This document shows positions 11,756-23,897 of a stretch of 42,457 nucleotides of DNA, piece by piece. The stretch is taken from contig NIVC01004545.1 in NCBI GenBank assembly GCA_002269645.1, forward strand, positions 1 through 42,457, given 5' to 3'. This stretch comes from Macrostomum lignano. Lineage: Eukaryota. Each line of letters starts with the position of its first letter. Within the stretch, counting starts at the first letter, position 1. The position numbers and the translations under genes were made by a program. Under the pieces are notes generated by a model, which searched no databases, had not been told where the DNA came from, and saw only the letters and a list, made by a program, of their open reading frames with translations.

Positions 11756-12413
11756 CCCCTCGTAAGCCTTGACATGTTAGCGATGCCCCCCATAAACCTT
11801 GAAATCTAAAAAATCCCCTGTTAACTTTGAAACCCGCTAAAATCTAACCCTCAACCCAAACCTGACCTAAACCTAACTTTCACCCAACCTAAAGCCTTGA
11901 AATCTCAGCAATTCTTCTTCCCTAAGCCTTGGCATTTAAGTGATTCCTTCTTTAAGAATCACAGCACTATAACGATTCCCTCCAAGCTTTGACATCGTAG
12001 CAATTCCCAAGTGAATCTTTTAAGTTTGACATGACTTTTATTTTATGTATACATAGTGCTACTTTTATTTTTACATGACTCTTCTTCTATCAGCGCCCCC
12101 CACCGTGGCGAGCCAACAAAGAATACAATAAAAATTAAGTAAAGTACATGTACTTTGAAGTAGCTTCTGACTTTTGCTTTGACATCTCAGAAACCCCCCT
12201 GTAATCTCAGTTATTGTCTGTGAGCCTTGACGTCTCAGTAATTCTCCCCAGCACAGCACTATAGCTTCATTTAATTTTTACATGACACCTTTCATGTCTG
12301 ACATGATGTTTCTTTTGATTTTTACATTACGCTTCTTTTATTCTTCCATGATGCTTCTTAATTTTTTAAATGACACTTCCATTAGTTTTTTATGAGGCTT
12401 CTATGATTTTTTC

Positions 12414-13545
12414 ATGATGCTTCTATGATTGTTTACATGACGCTTCTATGATTGTTTACATGACGCTTCTATGATTGTTTACATGACGCTTCTATGATTG
12501 TTTTCATGACGCTTCTATGATTGTTTACATGACGCTTCTATAATTGTTTACATGGCGCTTCTATGATTGTTTACATGACGCTTTTATGATTTTAACATGA
12601 CGCTTCTATGATTGTTTACATGACGCTTCTATGATTGCTTGCATGACGCTTCTATGATTTTTTACATGACGCTTCTATGCTTGTTTACATGACGCTTTTA
12701 TGATTTTTTACATGACGCTTCTATGCTTGTTTACATGACGCTTCTATGATTGTTTACATGACGCTTTTATGATTTTAACATGACGCTTCTATGATTGTTT
12801 ACATGACGCTTCTATGATTGTTTACATGACGCTTCTATGATTGTTTTCATGACGCTTCTATGATTGTTTACATGACGCTTCTATAATTGTTTACATGGCG
12901 CTTCTATGATTGTTTACATGACGCTTTTATGATTTTAACATGACGCTTCTATGATTGTTTACATGACGCTTCTATGATTGCTTGCATGACGCTTCTATGA
13001 TTTTTTACATGACGCTTCTATGCTTGTTTACATGACGCTTTTATGATTTTTTACATGACGCTTCTATGCTTGTTTACATGACGCTTCTATGATTGTTTAC
13101 ATGACGCTTCTATGATTTTTACACGACGCTTCTATGATTGTTTACATGACGCTTCTATGATTGCTTGCATGACGCTTCTATGATTTTTTACATTACGCTT
13201 CTATGCTTGGTTACATGACGCTTTTATGATTTTTTACATGACGCTTCTATGATTTTTACACGACGCTTCTATGATTGTTTACATGACGCTTTTATGATTT
13301 TAACATGACGCTTCTATGATTGTTTACATGACGCTTTTATGATTTTTTACATGACGCTTCTATGCTTGTTTACATGACGCTTCTATGATTGTTTACATGA
13401 CGCTTCTATGATTGTTTACATGACGCTTTTATGTTTTTAACATGACGCTTATATGATTGTTTACATGACGCTTCTATGATTGCTTGCATGACGCTTCTAT
13501 GATTTTTTTACATGACGATTCTATGATTTTTTACATGACGCTTAC
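12414..13545. repeat. 23-bp minisatellite, about 49 units
   Basis: Same unit as 336-1136. Confidence 0.97.
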
Positions 13546-14148
13546 ATAATTTTTTTCTTGTCTTGGCGTTAAAAAGCTTTAATTGAAAAAACTCTACTCT
13601 CTAAAAATTCGAACCATCATCCCTGCATTTAGCAGTTTAGTCTGTTTACCTTTAGGCTGAACATGAATTTTAGCATTTATATATAATTCAAAAGTTTCAA
13701 AACTCCAAGCATAGAGTAAATCACACGAGGCAGTTCTGACATAATCAATTTCTCAGTCAGTCAGTATCAGTTAACAATATGGTTACGCAATCTAAATCAA
13801 GTCTGGTGCTACGCTTCCACACTGCATTTTCAATACGGTGACGCAATTCAAGTCGGAGTTACAATTCAGTTATGATGCAATCTATTTCAGAATCAGAATT
13901 CAACCAGTCAGTTTTTTCTCTAGCATTCTTACAATGCATTTCAAGTCGAAAAGTTTGCTTGACCTTTACAAAAATGCATGTTTTTCGAATATTTAATCCC
14001 TTTAGCATCGAGCAATTTCTTAGCCAATATACATGTACCGTCCCGGGGAAATTTCTGATCGAACAGTGCAAATTCGAACAAAATCAGTCAAGCCATTCAG
14101 GAGAAAATCGATTTCGTACAAACAAACATCACATTTTTAGTATATGGA

Positions 14149-14176
14149 CTAGCCATTAGCCCCCAGCTGGGGGGCC
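14149..14176 (-). mobile_element. Helitron-like 3' terminus abutting a 5' terminus (head-to-tail junction)
   Basis: Plus strand ttttagtatatgga|CTAG ccatta gccccc-agct-gggggc: hairpin plus CTAG next to a TATACTAAAA 5'-end motif on the minus strand. Confidence 0.55.
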
Positions 14177-14389
14177 TTATAAATGACACCAAGTGGTTTT
14201 TATTTTGGTCCAATGGTAACCATAATTACCATTTCCATTAATCAAAAATTACTTTTTCTTATTTTTGCAAAAACAAAAACTTATCGGCCAAAAGTTTCCA
14301 TCAGCCCAAAACCCTTTTTTAATTAGCACAAGGTGCTTATCTTTTGAAGCACAAACTCAGCACCACTAACCTTAACAACACTTTTCCAA

Positions 14390-15660
14390 GATTAGCACCG
14401 CTGCTCAGATTAGCAACGCTCCTCAGATTAGCACTATTTACCTCCCCCCCCCAGATTAGCAACGCTCCTCAGATTAGCACTATTCCCCCCAGATTAGCAC
14501 CGCTCCTCAGATTAGCACTACTTCCCCCCAGCTTAGCACCGCTCCTCAGATTAGCAATGCTTCTCAGATTAGCACTACTTCCTCCCAGATTAGCACCGCT
14601 TCTCAGATTAGCAACGCTCCTCAGATTAGCACTACTTCCCGCCAGATTAGCACTGCTCCTCAAATTAGCACTACTTCCCCCCCAGATTAGCACCGCTCCT
14701 CAGATTAGCACTACTTCCGTCTAGATTAGCACCCCTACCCCTAAATTAGCACTCCAGATTAGCAACGCTCCTCAGATTAGCACTGCTCCTCAGATTAGCA
14801 CTACTCCTCAGATTAGCACTACTTCCCCCCAGATTAGCAACGCTCCTCAGATTAGCAACGCTCCTCAGATTAGCACTACTTCCCCCTAGATTAGCACCCC
14901 TACCCCTAAGTTAGCACTCCAGATTAGCAACGCTCCTCAGATTAGCACTACTCCTCAGATTAGCACTACTTCCGTCTAGATTAGCACCCCTACCCCTAAA
15001 TTAGCACTCCAGATTAGCAACGCTCCTCAGATTAGCAACGCTCCTCAGATTAGCACTGCTCCTCAGATTAGCACTACTCCTCAGATTAGCACTACTTCCC
15101 CCCAGATTAGCACTACTCCTCAGATTAGCACTACTTCCCCCCCAGATTAGCAACGCTCCTCAGATTAGCAACGCTCCTCAGATTAGCACTACTTCCCCCT
15201 AGATTAGCACCCCTACCCCTAAGTTAGCACTCCAGATTAGCAACGCTCCTCAGATTAGCACTACTTCCCCCCCAGATTAGCAACGCTCCTCAGATTAGCA
15301 ACGCTCCTCAGATTAGCACTACTTCCCCCTAGATTAGCACCCCTACCCCTAAGTTAGCACTCCAGATTAGCAACGCTCCTCAGATTAGCACTACTTCCCC
15401 CCAGATTAGCACTGCTCCTCAGATTAGCAATGCTCCTCAGATTAGCACTACTTCCCCCTAGATTAGCACCCCTACCCCTAAATTAGCACTCCAGATTAGC
15501 AACGCTCCTCAGATTAGCACTACTTCCCCCAAGATTAGCACTACTTCCCCCCCAGATTTGCACTTCTCCCCCCAGATTAGCATCGCTCCTCAGATTAGCA
15601 CTACTCCCGCCCAGATTAGCACCCCTACCCCTAAATTAGCACTCCACTCAGATTAGCAAC
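14390..15660. repeat. CAGATTAGCA-core minisatellite with higher-order repeats
   Basis: About 1270 bp vs ~280 bp in unit A. Marker ATTAGCACCCCTACCCCTAA recurs at ~14725, 14890, 14980, 15200, 15330, 15460, 15615. Confidence 0.95.
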
Positions 15661-16149
15661 ACTTTACAAGACTTTGTCAGTAATGGTCTCTGAAAATTAG
15701 CGCATACAATAGACTTGCACTGCTGTAGAAGATTAATGCAGTCCCAGAATAATATAATTAAATGAACATTTCGAAAAATCTGCGTCAATCTGCATTGGAG
15801 GTGACATCAATGTTGTCACAAGTTTTGGGGATAAATTTTCTACTTCAATGCAGACTCGAATTGCCCAACATCTGCTTTGCCTCTACAACGCGGCTATTTT
15901 CGAAGAGAAGCCTTTACTGCTCCCTGGAGAATTCTCATTCATCCCCCTAGCATTCTGCAGTTCTCCAAGCAAATATTTGAATTTTTTAAGGTAAAATCCA
16001 AGGTCACTAAAATTTTAAGTTGAAGAATTTTGCAAGTTTAAAAAAAACGCGATCAAATTTGATTGAGGCATTCAGTATTAAATGCGTCATTCACAAACAG
16101 ACAAACAAAGGTAGGACTTTTAGTATATTAGAAAATTATATATTAGCAC

Positions 16150-16650
16150 TATTTCCCCAGATTAGCACCACTCCCCGGATTAGCACCATTCCCCCAAAAG
16201 TAGCACCACTTCATTAGATTAGCACTACTTCCCCCAGATTAGCACTACTTCCTCCAGATTAGAACTTCTTCCCCCAGATTAGCACCACTCCCCCAGATTA
16301 GCACCACTCCCCCAGATTAGCACTATTAGCACCTCTCCCCCAGATTAGCACTATTAGCACCACTACCCAAAAATTACCACCACTTCCCCAGATCAGCACC
16401 ACCCCCAGATTAGCACCACTCCCCAAAAATTAGCAGAACTTCCCAAAAACTAGCACAGTTTTATACAAAATTAGCATCGCTCCCCCAGATTAGCACCGCT
16501 CCTCAGATTAGCATTACTGAGCCCCCAGACTCCCCCCCCCAGATTAGCACCACTACCCCTAATAATTAGCACTCCGCCGCTCAGATTAGCAACACTTTGC
16601 CAAGATTAGCACTACTCCTCCAGATTAGCACCACTCTTCCAGATTAGTAA
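16150..16650. repeat. CAGATTAGCA-core minisatellite, block 2 of unit B
   Basis: Near-identical to 2020-2515. Confidence 0.9.
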
Positions 16651-16727
16651 TGCTCTCTGCAAATTAGCACATACTCACAATAGATTGGCACTGATCTAAA
16701 AGATTAATGCAGTCCCAGAATAATATA

Positions 16728-17487
16728 GCTTTTTGCAGCTTATTTGGGCTTACGCGCATTTAATTTAATCCAATATACATTTGCCAATGTAACAGAGCTT
16801 ATTGTCTATGGTAGAAAGGCTGCCACAGCGGCACTTAATTTAGTCCAACAAGCATCAATTTGGTCCAAATGCTTGTGAGCCAATGGCAAACTCTTGCCTT
16901 CTCGCAACCGCCTAAGGTTTGTTGCGCACCGCTGGAATGTCAGCGTCTGTACCAGCAATTTTCAGTCGCTTTTCCAGAGCTCTGCTGATAGTCCAAATCT
17001 GATAACCAACTGGAACTTTTCCTTCAACTTCTGCTGCATTTTCTGCTCCGTCAACAAAGGGTTCGTCTCAATTGCATTAAGTAGCAGTTGGACCTGAGTC
17101 TCTAGCAACTTGCCTTGGCGATTGCCACCTTTCACAGGCGACCTATGCCAGAAGTGGTTTCAACACGCTGATGGATGCTGTAAACCATCTTTCTTCTACA
17201 ATATATTCAGCAACCTTGCAATGTCCTTTGGGTATTCACCTCTGTTGATTGCTTTGACCACAAGCCAGTGGCATTCGTTCGACGACCTAGCATGGTTCAC
17301 AATTATGGAGCTGATCTTGCTCCTCCGCAACAGTTGCAAATGAAGCTATGGACCAAATTGATGCTTGTTGGACTAAATTAAGTGCCGCTGTGGCAGCCTT
17401 TCTACCATAGACAATAAGCTCATTTACTTTGGCAAATCAATTTGGATTAAATTAAATGCACGTAAGCCCGAATGGGCTGCAAAAAGC
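16728..17487 (-). mobile_element. Tc1/IS630-type TIR element, duplicate of 2596-3354
   Basis: Same TIRs, TA flanks and interior. Confidence 0.85.
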
Positions 17488-18080
17488 TATATCATTCAAT
17501 GAAAATTTCAAAATTTCAAAGTTATAGGGATACTTTTCAGCTTCAATGCAGACTCCAATTGCCGACCATCTGCTTTGCCTCTACAACGCGGCTATTTTCG
17601 AAGAGAAGCCTATACTATTCCCTCAAGAATTCTCATTCATCCCCAAGCATTTTGCAGTTCTCTCGGCTGGCTCCTCAGTCTCAGCAAACTTACAATGATC
17701 CTTTCAACAATTTAAAACATTTCTCAGCATTTAGTACGACTCATTAATCAGTGTTCGATACATATCGGCGGACTTTTGCACAACTCAGGATTTAGCTGTG
17801 CCTATGCCTTCAGCAGTTTAGCAGCATTGTCTGCATTTTAGCAATTCCATACTTTAAATGGAGCTAGGCAACACCCATTGATGAGATCAGCCAGACTTGA
17901 AGCAGTTTTACATATCAATTTTTCTTAGTGGCTTGTGCCAATTAGCAAAAATAATTAATTGCTTTACTTAATAAAAAATTTCAATCGCTATTAATCAATA
18001 TCAATATTAATCGAAAGATTTTCTAATTAGTCCATGCATAATTTACAAATAAATATAAATTAATTCAAATTTAATTGTTC

Positions 18081-18152
18081 GCAGCGAGGTGGATTCGAAC
18101 CTGGGACCTTACGCCTAGCCTAAACCTAGTGCCTACATGCGGCCACTCCGCC
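18081..18152 (-). pseudogene. tRNA-derived sequence, duplicate of 3948-4019
   Basis: Identical sequence including the B box GGTTCGAATCC. Confidence 0.65.
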
Positions 18153-18680
18153 TATTGATGGAAAGGCGAGAAAATCAGCCATATAAGCTTCGACACTGCA
18201 GTCAAATACATAGCAGTGATGGGCTGCTCAGTGCGCAGGCAGAGCCAATGCACAGTTGAGTGAAATCTATAAATAGCAATTGTCTATGCAGTCCGCCATT
18301 CAGCTAGGGTCAGAGGAATGTACACACAGCCACTGAGCATTTTTTCTCTCCCTTGCACACTGTAGCCAGTATTGAAACTTGGAGAAAAAAGTTATGGCGC
18401 AATCTCAATTGGAGTTTCAATTCAGTCAGTCGAGATTTTGACCTTTTCTAGCCTCCCATTAAAAGCATAAGGAAAACTCGTTTTTCGAATATTTAATCCA
18501 CTTAGCACGGAAGCAAATATTTGAAAAATTTTAGGTACAATCCTTGAAAAAATTTGCAGGTTTAGAAAAAAACGCGATCAAATTTGGTTGAGGCATTCAG
18601 TATTAAATGCGTCATTCACAAACAGACAGACAAACAAACAAAGGTAGGACTTTTAGTATATAAGATTTAGTATATTTAGA

Positions 18681-19107
18681 CTAGCTAATTAGAGCTGGCT
18701 GCCAGCAGCCAGAATAATTTTTTTATTGCCCCCCTTTAAGTGGAGCGGAGTGAGTTTTCTTATCAGTTGGCTCTGGCGCAATCAATTAAGATTGACTGTG
18801 AAGTTTCTCGCTGATAAAATTTGCATTGAATTCGCCCATTTAAAACTGTTTTTCGAATATTTAATCCCTTTAGCATTGAAGCAGATACAAGAAATTTTAA
18901 CCGTCTTCTTTCCAGACAATTTTGAATCTTTTGGCGAAAACGCGATCAAAATCGGTGAAGAATTGCAATCTCTAGAGCGTTATGGACAAGCATACAAATA
19001 TTAGAGATTTAGTATATTTAGACAAGCAAACATACAAACCTTAGAGATTTAGTATATTTAGATTAGATGGACAAGCATACAAACCTTAGAGATTTAGTAT
19101 ATTTAGA
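18681..19107 (-). mobile_element. Short Helitron-like element, duplicate of 4548-5038 with one fewer 5'-end repeat
   Basis: Same hairpin and CTAG at 18681. 64 bp shorter (duplication offset falls from 14133 to 14069). Confidence 0.65.
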
Positions 19108-19259
19108 TAGATAGATTGGGGTGGCTGTTGTTAAACCTCACTTATAATAAATCGGATCGTTGTTTGTCAGTGAACTTAGCACTGTCGTCTCGCCTCGCAT
19201 ACTCTCAGCTCTTGACTTGCTCTTTTTAACAACTGTCTTATCTAAACATCTCCAAAAGC

Positions 19260-19298
19260 TGCCCTAAAGATAATCGAAATGGTCGAAATGCATTGGCA
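19260..19298 (+). ncRNA. Decayed hammerhead ribozyme, duplicate of 5191-5229
   Basis: Identical sequence. Confidence 0.6.
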
Positions 19299-19304
19299 TA
19301 TACT

Positions 19305-19741
19305 CTGGTGGTCAACACAGAAAACCGTCGTGCTCTTCCTGCCGGACGACATCGAGGCTGCAAATTTGTGCCGAGGCGCTGATGGACAGGCGGCAGAGCT
19401 TCCGCGTTGTCAACAGTTCGTCTACCTCCGTGGTCTGATTTTCGGCGTCCGCGAAGGCTTGCGGCGTCGCCGCGGGCTTGCCTGGGCTGCCTTCCATTCT
19501 GTGAGGGCAGTCCTGCAGTCCGAGGACCTACCTGACCGCCAGAGGATGGCATTCTTCCAGGCGGTGGTCGAAACCGTCCTGTTGTAGAAAGCTGAGACCT
19601 GGACGCTGACGGATTCACTCGAGCAACAAGTTGACGCGGCGCCCACTGGCCTAATGCGCGCCGTCTTTAAGATCGGCTACGAGCAAGTGACCAACGCGCC
19701 TTTGTATCACCGCGCCGGCCTGGTCCGCCCAAGCAGTCTGA
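19305..19741 (+). mobile_element. RTE-like LINE fragment, duplicate
   Basis: Identical to 5236-5672. Confidence 0.8.
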
Positions 19742-19991
19742 GTCTCTCTCCGGTCTCACTGTCGCTTTCCGGATTCGCAAAGCCCATAACTCTCGCCACG
19801 GCGCCCCAACGACCGTAGAGCCTGTCGACAGAGCTCTTCCATTTCTGGCTCAATAGGCGACATCGAATGAGACTTTTTAGCTCCAGCAGATTGAGAATGC
19901 GAGCTTCCAACTCTTCTGGAATAGACTGGTTAAACAGCTTCGTTTGCTGCTGTTGCACTGGCTCTGGATCCTCGACGTCAGCCTCAGGCAT
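19707..19991 (-). pseudogene. F-box motif ORF, duplicate
   Basis: Identical translation to 5638-5922. Confidence 0.7.
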
Positions 19992-20791
19992 AGTTTTAGA
20001 CGAGTTAACTTTTGTATATGCGACTAGCGCATTGCATATACACTTGAAATAAGCGGATTAAGAAATGAAGTACAATAAATTTGTAAAAAGCAGTTATAAA
20101 TAATCAGAGATCATCCCCATACACTCTCCGCATACGAGAATAGTATATTCGTTTCGAAGGTGACGGATCGGCCCAACTGCCCTTGCCGACATACATGTAC
20201 AAGGCGCTAGGGGGCTATAGAAGCTTTTTTATTCATGATGACTGGATATAGTTGTAGTGCTATTGGCCGCATTTGTAACGTTTTTTACATGTAACTAGTC
20301 CCGACAAAGCGTTTCGTTAAGTTTCAAAATTGGAAGGGAATATTGTTGTCGTGACGTGAATCCTGGCTACGCGCCTGGTTCGAGCTCGTAATGTTTTTCT
20401 ACAGCAAAAATTGAACTAACGATGCTTAGGTAAATTGCGGTAGTGACGATGTAGAGTAAAATAAGACAGACGATTGAATCATATCGTATATTTCAAATTA
20501 ATGGATTAATAAGAGTCGAAAAACAGTAAGTTCGACACAGGAACCAAAGCTAAATAAAACCAAAACTAACTTAATAGATGGGGTTGAGTCCAGATGAAAG
20601 AAAGGTAGGAGTGCGCGGCTGAGGAAAGAGGCAAAATTGAAGAGCCAATCAGAAGGCAGCGAGGGAGAGAATTTTACAACTGAACTACTTACTGGACAGA
20701 GGGAGAGAAAACAGAGTAAGCAGAGGCGAGTGAAGATCACCTGAAGAGATGTATTTTAGAAACATTGGAGAAATTTAAAAAACAATGTCAC

Positions 20792-21922
20792 TCAGTAAAC
20801 TTTTTTCTTTATTGAATAGGATCTCATTTCTGTCACTCGCCAGCGTCCATTCTTCCTCATCGCGTTCCAAAGCTTGGCGAGGTTGACGGAGTCTGGCGGC
20901 TCCCCCATGGCGAACAGGCTCACCTTGACCTGCGCAGTAAACGGGGAGCCGTAGCAGTCCTGAAACCCGAGCTGATTTGGCTCCACATCAATTCTGTCAA
21001 CTTTCCACTCGGACTCGTCCAGGATCTGCCAGCCGTCGCAGTCTGTCCAGTCAGGAAAGGTGAGGAAGAACCAGAAAGCTCCCCGCTCCGACTCGTCAAG
21101 GATGTCCACAACTCGCCTCGCTGTGGCTTTGAGCAGGATCTCTTCAAATGGGGGGTTGAGCACCCAGCCGCCTGGATGCTGCATCAGGTCTATGTGAAAA
21201 AAGTCGCCCAGACTGCCGAATGGGCTGTCAGTGTCAGGGAACAGGCTGCAGAACTTTGCTCCCTGCCGACCCAGCAGCTGACAATTGAGGGGCGAAGCGA
21301 AACCCACGTGAGCGGCTTCGCCCAGCTCGAACAGGGCATCGAAAGCTTTGGGGCAGAGGCTGGACTCGCCGCCTCTGAACATTCTCAGGCTGTGGTAGCG
21401 AAGGCACACCAGCGCGGCCTGCTGCTCACCGCACAGCTCGACCAGCTGCTTGACTCGCTTGCTCCTAGGCGTCCAGAATTTCCCAAATGTGATTTGGCCT
21501 CGGCTGCCGGCCTCCTCAAATCGTAGCTTCGGGGTTTTCTCCGCCTTTGCGATGTCACTCTCTCCTTGTAGAAACTGATCGATCATGGACAGCAGCGACT
21601 CTACCAGATGCGTCGCTTCGTCTTTCGACATGTCGCTGAAGCTCAAGCAGAGCGATTTCACGAACTCAACTTTGCTTCTGTTGTCGCTCAACTTCTGTGG
21701 CAGCAGAGGGAATGTCTCGGACATTTGCTGACCATCGGTGGTCTGCATGGTGATGAGCCAACGACCGAACTGATTTTCTGTCCTTTTCTGCTGATATCTA
21801 TGCTTAGCTGGCTGAAACCGTTGAGTGCGGTTCTCGAGCCAACTCACGAGTCGGTCTATTTCCCTAAACTGGGAATACTCGAGCAGCAGTTTGAGGTGAA
21901 GGTTTTGTTCTTCATCAGCCAT
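20792..21922 (-). CDS. PCIF1: PCIF1/CAPAM-like cap-adjacent adenine N6-methyltransferase homolog, 376 aa, intronless, no WW domain
   Basis: Motifs in order FGRWL...PLLP, LRYHSL...P(K)AFDAL, GFASPLNC, FCSLFPDTDSPFGSLGDFF, NPPFEE, F(L)TFPDW parallel recalled human PCIF1 FNRWM...PLLP, ECFASPLNC, YCSAFPDTDGYFGSRG, NPPFCEE, FIVFIPEW. Symbol is a family-level call; orthology is not shown. Confidence 0.9.
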   Translation of the reverse strand: MADEEQNLHLKLLLEYSQFREIDRLVSWLENRTQRFQPAKHRYQQKRTENQFGRWLITMQTTDGQQMSETFPLLPQKLSDNRSKVEFVKSLCLSFSDMSKDEATHLVESLLSMIDQFLQGESDIAKAEKTPKLRFEEAGSRGQITFGKFWTPRSKRVKQLVELCGEQQAALVCLRYHSLRMFRGGESSLCPKAFDALFELGEAAHVGFASPLNCQLLGRQGAKFCSLFPDTDSPFGSLGDFFHIDLMQHPGGWVLNPPFEEILLKATARRVVDILDESERGAFWFFLTFPDWTDCDGWQILDESEWKVDRIDVEPNQLGFQDCYGSPFTAQVKVSLFAMGEPPDSVNLAKLWNAMRKNGRWRVTEMRSYSIKKKVY

Positions 21923-22299
21923 AGTAAACTTCTACCATTGCCTTCTCACCTTAGGTTCTGGTTTCATGCTATCAGTTTTTTCGTTTTTCGCTTTTCATTT
22001 TGTTTCTTTTTTGGCTTTGAGATTTGGCCTTGGTTTTATCAGTGTCTCAACTGAAGTGTACGCTATGAGTACACTTTGGATAAAGGGAGAACTTACTATC
22101 CCCCAACTCTGCTCTTTACAGCAATCCATTGTTCTCAAAAAGTGGAACTACGTTTGCCTATACGTGGATCCAACAGTACTCAAAATCTCTTACCTAATCT
22201 AGTTGCTATTGACAACCATTTCATTCTCTCTATAGTGTCTATTGTATAATATACTGAGAAAAATTGCTAGAGCTCTACCTACTAAAGAGCCGCAGATCC

Positions 22300-23438
22300 A
22301 ACATTAGCAAAGCTGTATCCTCTCTGAGCATGGCTGGGGAAAACATTAGAACAGAATTGACCGACGATTTGGAAGGTCTGTTGACAAAAGATAAAACTCA
22401 AGTAAAAAAATTTCCTTGAAGAACTTTTGAGAGAGATTCCTGATGAAAGAAAAGAATATTGGTGCCAGAGAGTCAATTCAAGTTGGGACTTGGAAGGATC
22501 ATTAATTTTACTGGAAGACCTCTTCACTGGAGACGATAATGAAGAAGAAGAATTGAAGAAGAAGAAAGAAGAGATGGAACAGAGAACGCAAAGGAAGATC
22601 AAAGAACTGAAGCAGAATTTGAAGAACTAGGTAGTGAAAGGAAAACTGAATGTGATCTGCAACCCAGCGCTTGAGAGCTTTCACTACGATCGAAGGAAAG
22701 CTCTAAGTGAGTCAAGGATAAATGTCACTATTAATAACAATTCGAGGAACATAATCTTCTATGCAATTCAAGCTGGCCAGATTTTTCTACAAGTCAAACA
22801 GAAGTTGAATCGAAGTGTCATGATGGCAACTTATATGGAGCACAAGGATATTTAGTTGTCAGTCAATGAGAGTTTAGGGGCATGGTCGTGCTTGCGGCCA
22901 AGCCAAATCGAGCGCTTGTATTTTGGAACTGAAAGAAGGCATACACACTGAAAGATGGTATTGATATACTAGCTTACAACTCAAAGGATGAACAAAGTTT
23001 GAACATACCAGGGTAGACACAGTTTAAGCACATACGTATTGGCTGCATTAACGAATCATAAGGCATAACACTAAGGGTGCCTTCATGAAATTTCTGGAAG
23101 GAAAGGACAATGGACAACAAAAGATTGGCATCAAGAAGGCAAGTGCCTACTTCTTCATGAAGCTAGCAAAAGTTTCCGAGAACTACCCAACAATTCAACA
23201 AATTGCTATGCCGCTCCGAGAACTCCAAGCGATTTTGCCGGTGTACCGGTATTTTCGAGAGTATGGCCCGGAAACCCGGCCGAGACGGCTAGTAGCGGCA
23301 GTCACTCAGCTCCGGAAGCGTCGAGAAGGGTCGGCCCGACTAGGTGATGACGTGCGACTCAACCGGATTCGCCGCCTTGCCGCGGTGTGCGGATGGTCGG
23401 GACGGCAGCTGCCGGAACTATTTTGTCTGCCGTTTTAG
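22300..23438 (+). pseudogene. Degraded coding-like segment of unknown family
   Basis: Consecutive same-strand ORF pieces (22427-22630, 22634-22855, 23085-23438) separated by stops or frameshifts. No motif recognised. Confidence 0.3.
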
Positions 23439-23690
23439 TTGCGAATCTTTTCTATGCGCGCGTATACCTATTAAAATTTTCTTAATTGTATGCATGCGCA
23501 TGTGTTGCATGTTTTCCTAACGAGTCGTGTACGGTGTTTGTTTTATTTTAATAAAACTTTCAAGATCCAAAAATTATTTTCTTACTAATAGGTTCAAATT
23601 TTTTTTGTTTTTTTATTAGTCCAAGGGAGTTTTGGTAGGGCTCCTAGAATTCATCGGTTATTACGCTAATTATTATTAATTTCTCAAGTC

Positions 23691-23897
23691 TCAAGACATT
23701 TGCTGACCATCGGTGGTCTGCATGGTGATGAGCCAACGACCGAACTGATTTTCTGTCCTTTTCTGCTGATTTCTATGCTTTGCTGGCTGAAACCGTTGAG
23801 TGCGTTTCTCGAGCCAACTCACGAGTCGGTCTATTTCCCTAAACTGGGAATACTCGAGCAGCAGTTTGACGTGAAGGCTTTGTTCTTCATCAGCCAT
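23691..23897 (-). pseudogene. PCIF1: PCIF1-like copy 3, 5' stub (68 codons)
   Basis: MADEEQSLHVKLLLEYSQ...TDGQQMS then TGA at the breakpoint. Upstream flank is homologous to units A and B. Confidence 0.9.

Larger units (their letters stand above)
12081..22067. repeat. Segmental duplication unit B
   Basis: Collinear with 5-7998, with longer satellite arrays and an extra ~730-bp segment (13545-14278). Confidence 0.97.

Noticed and set aside
14390-15660. CRISPR array (constant core plus variable spacers)
   Set aside because: Core is only ~10 bp, spacers are 8-12 nt, reused and mutually related; no cas genes; eukaryotic context. The RLALL and ANLRS ORFs here are repeat translations.
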